64,000 nt of DNA, from positions 124,001 through 188,000 of the forward strand of contig JAHLTZ010000012.1 in the NCBI GenBank assembly GCA_025786725.1, given 5' to 3'. The notes under the pieces are model-generated. The model was not told the origin of the DNA. It was given only the letters and a program-made list of their open reading frames with translations, and searched no databases. This DNA is from Syncephalis fuscata S228. Taxonomy: Eukaryota; Fungi; Zoopagomycota. Positions 37,649 to 53,486 of this stretch are shown here, one piece after another (within the stretch, counting starts at the first letter, position 1; each line of letters begins with the position of its first letter). Both the position numbers and the translations under genes were made by a program.

Positions 37649-39466
37649 TTATTTGCCAAAATTATTGTGCAGTCCAATGGTCTCTGGCGCATCGGCATCA
37701 CGTTTCGTCTTCTCTTCGTCATTGCGTGTGCTATCGAGCATACGCAAATATTCTGTCGATACGTCACCTGTAACGTACTTTCCATCAAATACTGATGTGT
37801 CAAAATGCTCCAGTGCTGGATTAAACTTATTACAGGCCGATATGAGGTCTGGCAAGGCCTGGAAGATAACATAGTCGGCACCGATGGCTTCAGCGATTTG
37901 AGCATCATTCCGATTGTAGGCAACAAGCTCATGTGGAGTCGGCATATCAATACCGTATACATTGGCATGTCTGTAGACACATCAACAGCAATTAATCGGC
38001 TAGTTAATCAATCGATCGATTCGTATTGTATTTACTCACCTAATGGCTGGTGCAGCCGATGCAAAGTACACTTTCTTTGCTCCAACATCGCGTGCCATTT
38101 GAACAATTTCGCTTGATGTTGTACCTCGTACAATTGAGTCATCTACAAGCAAAACATTTTTGCCAGCAAATTCCAAAGCCATTGCATTTAATTTACGGCG
38201 TACATTTTTGCGACGCATTGTTTGTCCAGGCATAATAAATGTGCGTCCTATATAGCGATTCTTGATAAATCCTTCACGATATGGCAGACCTAGTTTATGA
38301 GATAGTTGTAGCGCTGACACACGGCTAGTATCAGGTACTGGAATGACAACATCGATGTCGTGTTGTTGGCCAAGCGTCTTAAGCACTTGATCGGCCAACG
38401 CTTCACCCATGGCAAGACGTGCCTTGTAAACACTAACACCATCGAGAATGGTATCTGGGCGAGCAAAGTAAACATACTCAAAGATACAAGGAGCAAATAC
38501 GCGATCGTTGATCAACTGACGCTTTGTAATGCCAGAGCGGGTAATGATAACGGCCTCACCGGGCCGGACATCAACGACATCAGTAAAACCAAGTGCGTCC
38601 AGCGCTACCGATTCCGATGCAAACATATAGTCATAGGTAGCATCGTCACCATCAAATGTGGGGCTCATAGTATTGGCATCAATTGCTTTACGACGTCCAT
38701 AAACAATGGGACGAATGCCATTAGGATCACGAAATCCTACAATACCATAGCCGGCTATCATAGCCACACAGGCATAGCCGCCATGGCAAGTAGTGTATAG
38801 CTGTTTAATAGCACCAAATATATCTTCTTCGTTAATACGAATCTTGCCAGTTTGCTGTAGATTATTGGCAAATATATTAAGCAATAGTTCCGAGTCAGAA
38901 TCGGTATTCACGTGTCGATGGGCTTCTTTATCAAGGAATTGGCGTAATTCGTCGGCATTTACCAAGTTACCGTTCTATAGTCATAAAAAGTAACCAACCC
39001 ATTAACAAATAGTAAAAATACATAGTAGTGCTAAACTTACATGAGCAAATACAATGCCATAGGGACTATTGACATAGAACGGCTGTGCTTCCGAGTGCGA
39101 GGAAGAGCCGGCCGTTGGATACCGTACTGTAAACCACAGCTATTGTGTTAAACATTGTAACAATGAGCTATAGCAAAACTTACCATGACCAACACCGAGA
39201 CTGCCAACAAGCTGTTCAAGCTGTTGCGCGTCAAATACATCGCGTACCATACCATTGGCTTTGCACTGGTACAAGCGGCCTCGGTTGCCACAGGTTACGA
39301 TACCCGCTGCATCCTATATTCATGCCACATGTTAGTGTTTGGTTGTTTTAAGATGTAAATACAATAGTACCTGGCCACGGTGCTGCAGCAAACTCAAGCC
39401 TTCTAACAGGTCTGCAGCAGCAAGACCGAGTTTGTTGGCTAGGATCAGCGCAATAATTCCACACAT
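37649..39466 (-). CDS. ADE4: Amidophosphoribosyltransferase, full length, multi-exon
   Basis: MCGII N-terminal nucleophile Cys, [41 protein letters not shown]. Confidence 0.97.
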
Positions 39467-39734
39467 GGCAAGCAAAGAATAAAGCGAAGGTGTTGTAGAG
39501 TGGTAACACACCAAAAGCCGTAATACCAATGATTTCACACCACTTTTATTGCATCAATATTTCCCATGAAATAACGGCGATTTAATTAGAAAAAGAAAAA
39601 ACAAAAACCTGATTGATTAAGACCATACACACATTAATAACATATTATCTATCATTGTTCAACAATGTGTTTTATTCTCTATGATTATGACGATAATGAT
39701 CACAAATATGAACAAAGCAGCAGGCTTGCTTTGC

Positions 39735-41596
39735 TTAATGTTTGCGATGACGTTCAACAAACTCACGAATACGATCATATGCTTCGCGCAACTTATCTTC
39801 TGGCGCTGTAAAAACAATTCGGAAATAGTTGGGGTAGCCAAAACACTATTAATTACACAAAATGCCAGTCGGTCAGTGATAAGGTGACAAATGCATTTAT
39901 ACGTAAAACTACTTACTTGCCCAGGTAGACAGAATACAGATTCCTCGGCCATAAGACGTTCTGTAAAGGTAAGGTCGTCATGTAGGTCGGTGAATGCACC
40001 TGCTTGCACACCAACCATCATATACATGGCGCCCTGTGGTACAACAACCGTTAGACCAGATATGTTGCTTAAACACTCGGCGCTGAGTTTTGCATGACGC
40101 TATAGCAATTTAAACATAATAATAATAATAAATAAATCAGTACACACACATACATACATATATATATATTTAATGGTGTCCATTACCTCTAGCAATTGAA
40201 CGGTTTCGTCATGGAATGACTTTGGCGTCTCATTTAGAATCTTAGGTACTGCCGCTTGAATAATCGTATTGGCGCCCAATATCGTCTGGCTTAGTGAGTT
40301 TAGGCCAGTGCGAATCTACAAGTTATTCACTTTTAGTATTCATATGAGATACGGCAATAAGTGTCGCATAACCTACCTCATCAAATAGATTATGACGATC
40401 ATGAACAAGAATCCAGCCTAGACGCCAGCCTGGCACAAGGTACTTTTTAGCCAGTCCACCCACTGAAAGAATAGGCACTGTCGTGGTAAGTGTGGCCATT
40501 GGATAAAAGGACTGGCCAGTAAATACTAGATCGCAGTAGATTTCATCGGCAATCACTGGTAGTTGATGGCGTTCGCACAAGGCCAGTATATCAAGTAAAT
40601 GTTCTTTTGTATAGACAGATCCACAAGGATTAGATGGACTATAATATATAAATAAATCAATCAGTTAATAAATAATGATTATTGTTCAATGATTAATCCA
40701 TTAGTGGCAGCTTACTTATTAACAACAATTGCGCGAGTACGTGGCGTAATAAGCGATTCTATATGAGCTAGATCGGCTTCCCAGTTGCGTTCCGGCTATG
40801 CAATGTGTATAGATAAATGAATAAAAGTATTATTGGTATCATCTTGGTCACTTACCACCAAGTTGTAGAATTGGCACTCAATACCTTTTGACGCAGAAAG
40901 TGTCTCGTAGAGTGAAAAGCCTGGCTTTGGTATAAGAATGTTGTCGCCTTCGTTGGCCAATACCGATACACATAATTCAAGTGCACCAGAACATCCACTG
41001 GCAATAATAACATCCTGACTGGTCAATGGCGCTTCGGGTGTCGTGTGCTTTTCAGCAATGGCTGCGCGAGCCTCTTCAGTGCCTATAATAGATTAATCCG
41101 TCAATCAATATCCATTAGCAAAATAACAATGGTCGATTGGCGTTACAGTTGTTAGCTTACCGATCGAGGCGGCGTAGCCATGCGTTTGTGGCTTCTCTAG
41201 TGCATCGCGAATCGCTTGAAGGCCAACCTCGTGCGTTGATAAGTTGCCAAACACCGTAGGATCGCCTATAGTTCATACAATTAATCAGGGGTTTAATAGG
41301 TAGCAGTGTTATAACTAAGTGCTTAGCTAGTTCAGTTCAGTTTATTTTATTATAATTGACGACAGTTAGCTACAACTATTTACAAACTACTTACCTAGAG
41401 CAAGACTAATGACTGGTTTGGCCGCATTAGGCACAACGCGTAAATTGTCTACAATACGACGGATAGGATTGACGGTACGCTGCGAAACAACCGACGCACT
41501 TAGTGGACGCCAGGTTGTTTTCGAGTCAGTGTTTGCAACATTGACTGACGAGGCCAGTGATACATTGGTATCAGCAAGTTCGCTATTGGCAGGCAT
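39735..41596 (-). CDS. TAT: Tyrosine aminotransferase-like class I PLP aminotransferase, multi-exon
   Basis: [70 protein letters not shown]. Confidence 0.88.
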
Positions 41597-42475
41597 GGAA
41601 ACAGGCAGCTGTGCAAATAAAGCAGCAGAAAACGCTAGACAGACAAATAGATAGACGGTGGTGCAGTAGTGGTACTTTTAAACGAACGAGAAAAGCAATA
41701 ATGTGGCAAGTGAATAGAAATAAAGAATTATTATAGTAGAATGGAGGCACTGATCAGACTATTTGAGGGATTCACCGGTTACCATTGTTGCCATCTTCTC
41801 TATCAATCTCATCATAGCTATCGCGACATTGTACGACTCAGTGAAGAGTTGAGTGAAACGAGGCGTGGGTAAATTCTATAGCCTTGTCGGCATTTGAAGT
41901 TCAATGAATGACTGAGGCCAATAAACTGATAAGGCTGTACATAATGAATTTGTGTATATCACTGACCAGCCATCACACCATTCATATCTTATTGATGTGT
42001 GCCATGTCTATTAAGCTGAATAATTGCTATTAACTATGCCGAGACAAAGCAATAATTGCTACTTGGCATAAATATATTAATTAATGTGGAATGGCTTTAT
42101 TAATGCAAATAATAGCGCATAGGTGCCAAGATAATAGATTATCCATTAACCAAACCATAGTATTAACAAATACTATTGCCGTATAATACGTATCTATTTT
42201 TAAATTATGTCTTAACAAAGCTAGTAATAGTTCTATAAACATCAAGTCTTGCCATTTATTTGGGATATTTAATAATAAAACAAAGCATATCCTACAGAAA
42301 ACAAATTAAAGTATAAGAAACAATGTGATGTTCATTGTTTTCTGCCTGATAGTTTTCATAATAATGGCCGCAGTAGCTATCATAATAATATTGGCCATAG
42401 TCTACTGGTATGCCATAGATTAAATTAATTGGTTTTTTGTACTGTCATTGTTATTGTTGTTGTTGTTGCTACAGG

Positions 42476-45400
42476 TCATGGTGATGCAGAGAGTGGACGC
42501 ATAGCTAAAGCTGCCAATTTCGCACGGGCTATCGCTTTAGAGGGTGGACGAGGTCGTTTGGTAAATACCGTCGAGGACGATCTTCTTCTACGTCGTCTTG
42601 TTTTAGGTGTGACGGTAGCTATAGTAGCAGCAATAGCAATAGTATCATTATCGCTATCTAATGTTTCTTTTTTCTTTTATATCTAGATTGTTGATAAGAC
42701 GATGAGCGAGATGATTCATTGATCGACTGCTCTGAAGAGGAGGAGGAAGAGGAAGAGGAAGAAGAAGCGGTAAAAGTCATTCTTTTAAGTGACCTAGTTG
42801 GTGATAATGGTGAATTAGATAAATGACGTTGATTTGTAAGTAATTTAGAAACTGCTGCAATAAGTGGTTTTGATAGAATTGGCTTATCATCATCACTATC
42901 ACTGCTGCTGTCACTGCTGCTGTCATTGTCACTGCTGCTGTTACTATTACTGTCATTGCCACTACTACTGACACTACTGCTGTCATTGTCACTACTACTG
43001 TCACTATCACTGGCGTCACTATCACTGGCGTCACTGTCACTGGCATCACTATCACTAATAAGTAAAATTCTATCAGTATTTTGTTTTCTTTTACATAAAT
43101 TTATCGCATTTAATAATGTTGATTCTAATACTAACTTTTGCAATTTTAATCGTGAATTTTTTGCATTAAGGCGCTGTTTATGTAAAATAGTAGTGGTGCT
43201 TGTTTTAGCAGGTGGCGATAAAGGTTTTCTTTTTCTTCTTCTCGTTGTTGTTATCGTCGTCGTTCTTGCATTTCTTACTGCTGTCCGCGAATTTCTTGCT
43301 GCTGTAGTTGTTTTTGCATTTCTTGCAGTTGATGTTGTTCTTGCAGTTCTTGTTCTGTTTGATGGTGTTACACGCGATTTAGATGATGATGTGGATTTAG
43401 ATTGTGAAGATGATGCTGTTCTGGCAGTTGGCCGTGAAGATCTGGACTGTGAACGAGACTTCAATGCAAATTCTAATCGAGAAGTACGTGTACTAGAACG
43501 AGGTGGTCTTGCACTCCTTACCAGTGGATCTTCTCCTCTATTTCTAGATCTATTGCCTACTATTTCATTCTTGGGCATTATTGATAGTGTCATGTATTCT
43601 TCTATTGACAATTTGTTTAAACAGTGCCAATATGGCTGTTGAGCTTTAATAACATCAATAATATCCTTTTGAGCTTGTCCCGATGGAAGACCATGAGGAC
43701 GAGCATAGTTTCTAAGCTTCAATAAGGCCTTGACACATGATTGAGCACATCGTCCAATCATGTCCAGATTATAACCACCCTAGTAATTAGTATACAATAA
43801 ATATAGATTAGTATTTATAGACTGATGTATCTATATCAGTGTACATACCTCTAGAATCATGGCAACTCGACCATGGGCCAGTTCCTTTATCAAAGTCGTT
43901 GTCATCCAGCCAAAACCGGCCGGAGAGACTCTACAATCACCATAGGATCACCTATAACATAAAACCGTTGATTAATACACATATATATTATATTATATTA
44001 TATATCATTAATGTATATACCTTCAGAAGCATCAAATCCTGCCGATACTATAATTTATACAAATTAGCCAGTAAATATATCCGTATACTGCTACTTACCA
44101 ATAACAATATCTGGATTAAATTCTTGTCCAATAGGAATAATAACCTTTTCAAACGCTAATCGATAATCACAATTATTCATGGCTCGTCGACGCCATGGTA
44201 TATTAATATTTCTATTAATGTATTACTAAATGGATAGGTGTGGTATCCGCTAATTAATACTAATGCCAACTTACCGACCTAGACCAGCACCCTCGCCTAC
44301 ATATTCATGCGAACCATCTTCAAAACCTGGATAGAAAACACCTTGTTCAAACCGATGAATAGACACAAATAGTACGTTTGGGTCATCGTAGAATGCTTCT
44401 TGTGTACCATTGCCTAAATAACATTCATCAATAATGTATTAACAGATTAATTACATAGTTCTACTACCATGATGTACATCCCTAATCAATATTAGTGCAT
44501 GGTTAATACACTTGTAGTTGTAACATAATAGATAACTTACCAATCAATGACCATAATACGTCGAGCAAGATTCAATTGTTGTAATCGCTTCACTGCTACT
44601 ACCTAATATCCATACACATTGATACACATATATACATATATTATTAATAACAAATACTATTAAATACACACACATATATATAACAACTTACTACATTATT
44701 ATAAATGCAGAATCCCCTATAAATACAAATAATATTAGTAACAGTGTCAATATTACTGTTTAATGCACTTACATAGACTACAATAACGTAATAATGTAAC
44801 TCACAAATTGGTATTAATGGTCTATTAAGGTTATTACTAATTACCTGGTTGCTCTCCGCATGATGTCCACTAATGTAAAGTTTAGTATTAATGTATAGTT
44901 TTAATAGGCGCTCATCTCTACCAATATTATAACTACTATGATTAATACTTACGGAGGACGTACAATGGCCATACCATTATCCAGTTGACCATTGGCTACT
45001 GCTGTACACAGTTCGATCGTGCCACCACAACTGAGACGCGCACAGAATGGCGTTTCATTGTTAAAATAAAGTGAATCACATTCGGCGGCATATTCCTCAA
45101 GTTCTTTTAAAGGTTGATCTACAATAGGCATATTACAATATTTATTAATACATATTAAAGCGTATATATATTGCTATATTTACCATGTAGTTGCTGTATC
45201 TTAGCATAGTGTTCTGGTTCATGGAATAGTTGAATCTCTTCTGCACTAGCTGGACGAGCTTTTACACGAATACACTGATCTAGTAAACCACTTTCTTTTA
45301 ATCGGTCATAAATGGCCGTCATTCGTTCAGGTGTTTCTGGATGCTGGTAATCATCGTCACTATTCTCATCGTTATCACTATCATCGCTATCATCTTCATC

Positions 45401-45990
45401 GCTATCGCTGTCTTTGTAGTTAAATACGTTTTTATGACAAAACATACGAGCATCGTAAATCAGGCCTGTGGTGGCGGTGATTATCGGCGATTCAGGTCTT
45501 GAAATAGGGCAGTTGCTACTGTTGTTGCTGTTGTTGTCGGTATTGGTGATCGAATTACTGTGACATCCATATTGCTGCCTATAGGCTGTATAGCATCTGA
45601 TGGTGTAATAGCCATACTAGTCATATCCTTCATAGGTGTTATACGCTTTTTTTGATCAATGGGTTCCATTTTAGATGGCAGTAGTGGTTCTAATGGATCC
45701 ATGGATGAAGTCAGACTATTAACCGGTACTATCTTGTTCTCTGGCGCCTCAGTCTTAATGCAGTCCTGGTCAGAATTGCTCTTATCGCGGTCGAAGGCTA
45801 TATGCATTGGGACCCAACCAACACCGATGCTATTACCTTTGTTACTGCTATCATGGCTACTGTCCGCAGTTGCCTCCCTCATTGGTAGCAGGTCGGTGTT
45901 ATGGAATTGCAGTCTAATATGCGTGGTGTCCCGCACAGCAACAAACAGTGAAAAGACGCGTGGTAACTATTATAATAGTAGCAGGTGACG
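42476..45990 (-). CDS. Class II (Hda1/Clr3-like) histone deacetylase with long low-complexity C-terminal tail; both ends uncertain
   Basis: HPETPER, ARLSCGG, VRPPGHHAE, MGFCIYNN, IDWDVHHGNGTQ, SIHR, NINIPW and SAGFDA spread over many small exons (43700-45450). Confidence 0.82.
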
Positions 45991-46443
45991 ATGGCACCTG
46001 TGTTGTAAATAACAATAAAGATGATAGCTAAAGACTTGAAAGTAGTCTGTTCATCAGTCAATGGGTCAATAGTGTTGTATTATGGCTACAAGTGTTATTA
46101 GGAGTGTATTATTTTTACTAACACTGTTATTACCGGTATTTACCTTCTGAACACTACGGAATGCCGGTAACGCGATCACACTTTAACGCACACAGTAATA
46201 ATGCTATGATTACGGAATGTGATCGTAAGATACACGCGTTTAGCAGAATTCAACAGCTGGACCGCTGCAATTATAGATGCCAGACTCAGTGTTGAGCTAT
46301 TTAGAGAAATAAAAAGATAAACAAGGAAAGTGTAAAGTGATTGGGTGTAAAGCATTGTTATTGCTATTTTGTTAATAGAATGACAAAGTGTATTATTTGC
46401 TATCATTGAGCCATCTTTATTGTCGTAATTGCTATAGATTTAA

Positions 46444-48330
<1,887 letters not shown>

Positions 48331-48802
48331 GACACGGATTAATAGTGGAAAGAAGCAACGGGTGGAGATTTCAAAAGGAGCTGCGGCGCAATTCGGTCAA
48401 TATAAGGACGAGTCAGTCAGCTGGTTGGTTATAAGACAAGTTAAGGCGATTATTAGCTGGCTTCATGGAACGGTGAAAAGTCTATCGCAGTTGGTCTAGC
48501 GTGGGAAAACTTGTGTCCAATCACTGACTTGCCCAATTATAATCATTAGTTGTATTAACTTGACGATTCCACTTAGCCATCAAGCAATTATATAGCAAAT
48601 TACATTAATTCAAATAAATATACTGCAATTAGATTAAATAAAGCCATTGTATCTGTTTATTTATCGTTAAATTTGTTATATGTACACTATTATTATATAC
48701 AGCTTTTACACTTGTTATACACATTAAATTACTTTAATCTATTACAAGTTAATATCATTACAATTATTATTAATACATATCTTATTATCATAAAATAATA
48801 CG

Positions 48803-50081
48803 TTAATTTATTGTTATTTTATCAGCAGCTATTGTTTCAAGTATGCTATCTGAAGGTTCAGTAGTTGCAGGCGATGAAGTGCTATTGTTGGTATTAATAA
48901 AAGAGTTTGCTGCAAAAGTATGCCAGACCAGCGAGCTATCACATAGTTTGTCGCGGTGAATGGTCGTAGTAAGTCTTGGATGGTTTGGTTCACTTTGTAA
49001 ATAATCTATAATGGTCATTAACTGTGGATCTATTCTTTCCATGGCTGCCACACACGTAGTCATCTGCCTCTGTACTTGAATTCGTGAATTTTTAAACAGG
49101 TTAAATCCAATAACCAACTGTACTCCTGGATAAATAATGCAGTATTGTAGTATAAGAAGAGCGATGTAAAGCCAAGGAAACTGCGTAAGATAATCGCTAA
49201 TAATGCTAATAGGAACGGTAATGAACCAGATGACTGCCTTAAGGACAAGCAGCGCAATAAATATGTTTTGGAAGCTCTTTGCTGCTTGTCTTTCTTCCTG
49301 GACATCGTGTGGTTTGTAAGTTTCTCGACTGGCGTATAGCTTAAGAATGCAGTAGAATCCATAGCAATAGTATAATGTAGCAAGTGTGATCGTTAACTCA
49401 AAAACTGTGCTATATACATAGTAGCAGTAGCGCAATATACTGCAATGACTATTTGGTCTGTTTCTTCGCCCAGCCGACCAGTGCGCCAAGGGTGATTGTC
49501 GGGACGATGGAGAAAAAGGAAAAGTAGACATTAATAAAAGTAAGGCCGCGTATAGTCGGTACACAGAGTGTATGGTTCCCTCGTGTTACCGGCTGTCTTG
49601 CACTGGCGCAGATGTGGACTGCATTTGCACAATTGCCGTTGCTGTTACTATGTTGGGCGTGGGACTGACGCACAAATATTGTTGGTATATGGGACATAAT
49701 ACCAGTCACTGCCAGTATGCCGGTCAGCATCACAACTGCTGTCGAAGAGCTGTTGATGATGTAGTAGAATAGCACACTTTGTGGTGGACCAGCCAGAATA
49801 ATGCTATATCGTATGATGCGTATAAGTAGACCAACGATAATACATAGGATTAAAATGTCAACAGGTTTTGGGACATAATAGCCATTGATATAGCGGAAGG
49901 GAAAGCTGGAAAGTTTGTGATGGTGGCGATAATAAAGTACAAATAGTAGCAGTACACATGCGATCACAGTGATCGTAAGACTAGCCACATTAATGTAGAA
50001 TAGCGTATATGTTGGTTTACAGGTAAATTCATTAAGTGTTGTAGAACATCCCGTATTTGGTATTCGGTCCGAATCATGCAT
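48803..50081 (-). CDS. Multi-pass (~7 TM) membrane protein of unknown function, frameshifted
   Basis: Successive hydrophobic segments in ORFs 49449-50132 and 48803-49564. Shares motifs with the neighbour at 50508-51833. Confidence 0.6.
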
Positions 50082-50507
50082 AATAAAAATAAGAAATGGT
50101 GTTAAAGGTGTTATCAAAAAAAGATGAGGCATAAACTGGGAACAAGGTGTGTGTCGGTTAAAGATAAAGGCGACTATTTTGAATGGTGTAAATGTGACCG
50201 ACTTGGACCTACATACAACAGATGAAACATTAATGTCATGCGTATATTCATAGAACGGGTTTTAAAGTTCCACAATGCAAGGCCCAAATAGCAACAATTA
50301 CGCATCCAAACGCGAATCATGTGGTTCAGTCGACCGGTCAAATAGTTGCGCCATTAACCAATTCACTTATTCGGTTAAATTGTGCACGGTTCCTTTCATC
50401 TGGTTTACAAAAATGCCAACAATGAATTAAACGCTGATGTAATGTTAAAAAAGCTATTTTAATAATACAGAATAGACTTGGCGTTATATAAAACGACCAT
50501 GTATAGA

Positions 50508-51833
50508 TTATGGGGGCGAGCTGGCATGTGCATCGGGTATAGCTCCGTTTTGTCCGGAGATCCTGAGATGGCTATTGTTGTCGGCATTGCCGTACAGTAC
50601 CAGTTCTATCGAGGTAGAAGTTCTGTATGTTCTACTGATGGGTCGAATGAATTCCGCACTTGCGGGCGAATTGCGAGTGGCGAAACTGTACCAAAGCAGT
50701 GTTGTATCTCCTGTCCTTTCGTTAGGATTCCAAGAGTTAATGCCAGAATCAAAATCGCAACCGGAACTAAATTGATTGGCTACTGGCGCAAACGACTCTG
50801 GTCTTAAAGAGGTGGTGGTTCTGACCCGTTGTCGTTGAACCTGCGCTTTTGAGCTCATAAAAGCATTATAAAATACAGTACACTGCATTGTTGGATAGAT
50901 AACAACATCTTGTACCAGCGCTGTGAAAGCCTGTCCCCAAGATGTTTCGACAATTTTGTTTTTCAATAAAGCAATTAGTATTGTATACACGAAGGCGGCA
51001 AAAAACGTCAGTAATACTGCTAGGAAGATATTTCGAAAGTAGCGGGCGGCATTTTTTCCTCTCCAAGTGCCTGGTTTTTGCTGGGAAAGCGACCCAAATA
51101 TGTTTTTATAATACGATAGAACCCATAGCAGTAATAGCCGCATACCAACATACTAATACTCGACACAATTCCCACGATTACTACTAGCAATCTATCGGCA
51201 ATGGCTGATATTGTTTTCTGCTTCATATCGTTGGAAATAATTAAGCAAGCAATAATGCCAATGGCAAATAAAATACATGCAGCACTGAATCCAATTGATG
51301 TCCAGTAAATGGCGCGTGTTGATGGCACGTAAATTAAATCCCGATTGCTGGGACAATCAAAGTTTTCTTCGCGCTGCTTGCTACATTCACGCTGTTAGCT
51401 CTGGTTCTGTTTTTATCGTAATTCCATATAAATTTAGTAGGAATGTGTGAGATAATACCGACAATAAACGCTGCGGTGGTAATGGCCGTGATCAAAAGAG
51501 TACTTGTATTTACTATAGCACGAACTAGTACGCTTTTTGGCCAATTTAGCAGCACCATTAAACATAATACAATGCGAATAAACTTGGCTATTGCCCATCC
51601 GACTAGCAGAATATCCACTGGCCTGGGGATAAATAGCCATTTGGTAGCGAAATAACGATATCAACAGCCATGACGCCAACGATATATGATGACGCAATAG
51701 ACAATAGAAACAGGCCCGACGCTACAATAAGACATACCAGGGCCACGTAGAATACTAGTTGTTCATCTTTCCAGCACTCGAAGCCGGTGATAGACACAAG
51801 GCATAGACCTTCTGGGGGATGGTCGGAGTTCAT
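50508..51833 (-). CDS. Multi-pass (~7 TM) membrane protein, tandem paralogue of 48803-50081, frameshifted
   Basis: Shared motifs PVDIL, GI(I/M)SHIPT, VP(S/T), YYCYGFY, (I/V)IYP, QVQRQ, LxW. Confidence 0.6.
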
Positions 51834-52746
51834 CGTGAATAAAACAAAAAACGCGCTAATAATATATCGTTGCTGAATAAATTAATGATACATTATATGA
51901 TGAATCGTTAGGCGGCTCAGCCTTGAAATATATTTGATTTTCACGCAGTTATGCAAATGGCCCGATCATAAAAGTAATAGAAAGGCTATAGTAGTACTCG
52001 GGATGTTGTTTGTTCAAACCTGCATTTATTGAAATCTAACGGTCGCTAGGGCCTTTTCTGTATAAGTATGGTAATAGCATGCCAATAAACAAGCTACAAG
52101 CTGACGCTATTGACGTTCTTTATGGCATATGCAGATGCGCAGGAACATTGTGGTGTGTCACCACGACTAAATTAGAGGCCTAAACCTGCCTGGTGTTGAT
52201 TCCAGTTTCCTACAGTTCCCCGGGCGATAACAAGTAGGATTCATTTCAATCAGTCAATCAAGTAGCTTGGAAGATCGCTGTCATTCAATTTACTTTGTGT
52301 ATATAATCTCTGAACAATCAATTGTAACTCTACGAGACTATGCAAATGTAGTTGTCCATTTATCTTTGTGTGTAAATATTTATTAATTATAAATCTATTA
52401 GTATCAATAATGGTAAATGTTTAACAATCAATGTTGTTTGTCTATAGTATTATTATAAGCTAAATACCATTGTATTGTGGCTGAAAATATAAATTCACGC
52501 ACAGTAAAGTACAAGCAAGATTGATGTTTGATGTGTAACATTGAATTTATATTAAAATAAATAGAATTAAAATCAAATATTACATGCTATTATTTACATA
52601 TTGTTTGTTATTGGTATTATCAATAGATATTTACAGCATACTGCTTAGCAACAATCCACTTTTTGCAATTTATTAATGCGCCATTATGCTTTCTAGAATA
52701 CTGTTCCCATTATGTTAATTATGTAAGATTGTGTTAATACTATACT

Positions 52747-53320
52747 ATATGTTGGTAGCCATTTTAATAGCTCATTCTATCTAAAAGATAAACACATGTT
52801 ATTTAGTAATTTATTTGCAAAATACTGTAATAAACATTGCTATCACAACCAAAATTACATGATTCAACGAAGTTCAGTTTAAGCTTCATTGTACTCTAAT
52901 TAAGGTTTTCCCATCAGGGTCCACTGCATTTATTCGTCATTTAACGGCCAACAGTATTATAAATACCTAATACTACCGGCCGAACATGAAATAAATAGCT
53001 ATTTCTACTTCAATTACTTTTAGCTTATTTCCAGGTTTATACAGTTGAGACTTTTGTGTAGATTGCTGAATAAAGCTATTTATTAATGATAAAAGTTACT
53101 ATGATACTACTTTGATAGTCTTTATTAATTCCAGTATTCAACATTTGACTAAGCCAGCTCTATTCCTCTCCCTCCTATTTCGGTTGTTTAGCTTACCTTA
53201 GAATACCATATATCTGGTTTTGTAATAATATGTTGGTAGCTATTTTAATAACTCATTCTGTCTAAAAGATAAACACGTGCTGTTTATTAATTTATTTTGC
53301 AAAATATTGTAGTAAACATT
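52747..53320 (+). repeat. ~92-bp imperfect direct repeat (52747-52838 and 53228-53320)
   Basis: atatgttggtagcyattttaatarctcattctrtctaaaagataaacac... present at both sites. Confidence 0.8.
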
Positions 53321-53486
53321 TAATCATATTGTAATATAAAACAGTTAATATTTTATTTTATTTGTAACTGAATCGATGCTAGTGTATACTTATAAAATGC
53401 TAGATTCTAAACGGATCAGAAAGTCGCGTGTTTGAAATAAAAAAAGGACAACATGGTTTTTTATAATTTGGTGAATGGCAATAATC

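Noticed and set aside
42926-43642. 238-aa hydrophobic ORF on the plus strand, and long antisense ORFs over EF2
   Set aside because: Antisense shadows of low-complexity or codon-biased genes.
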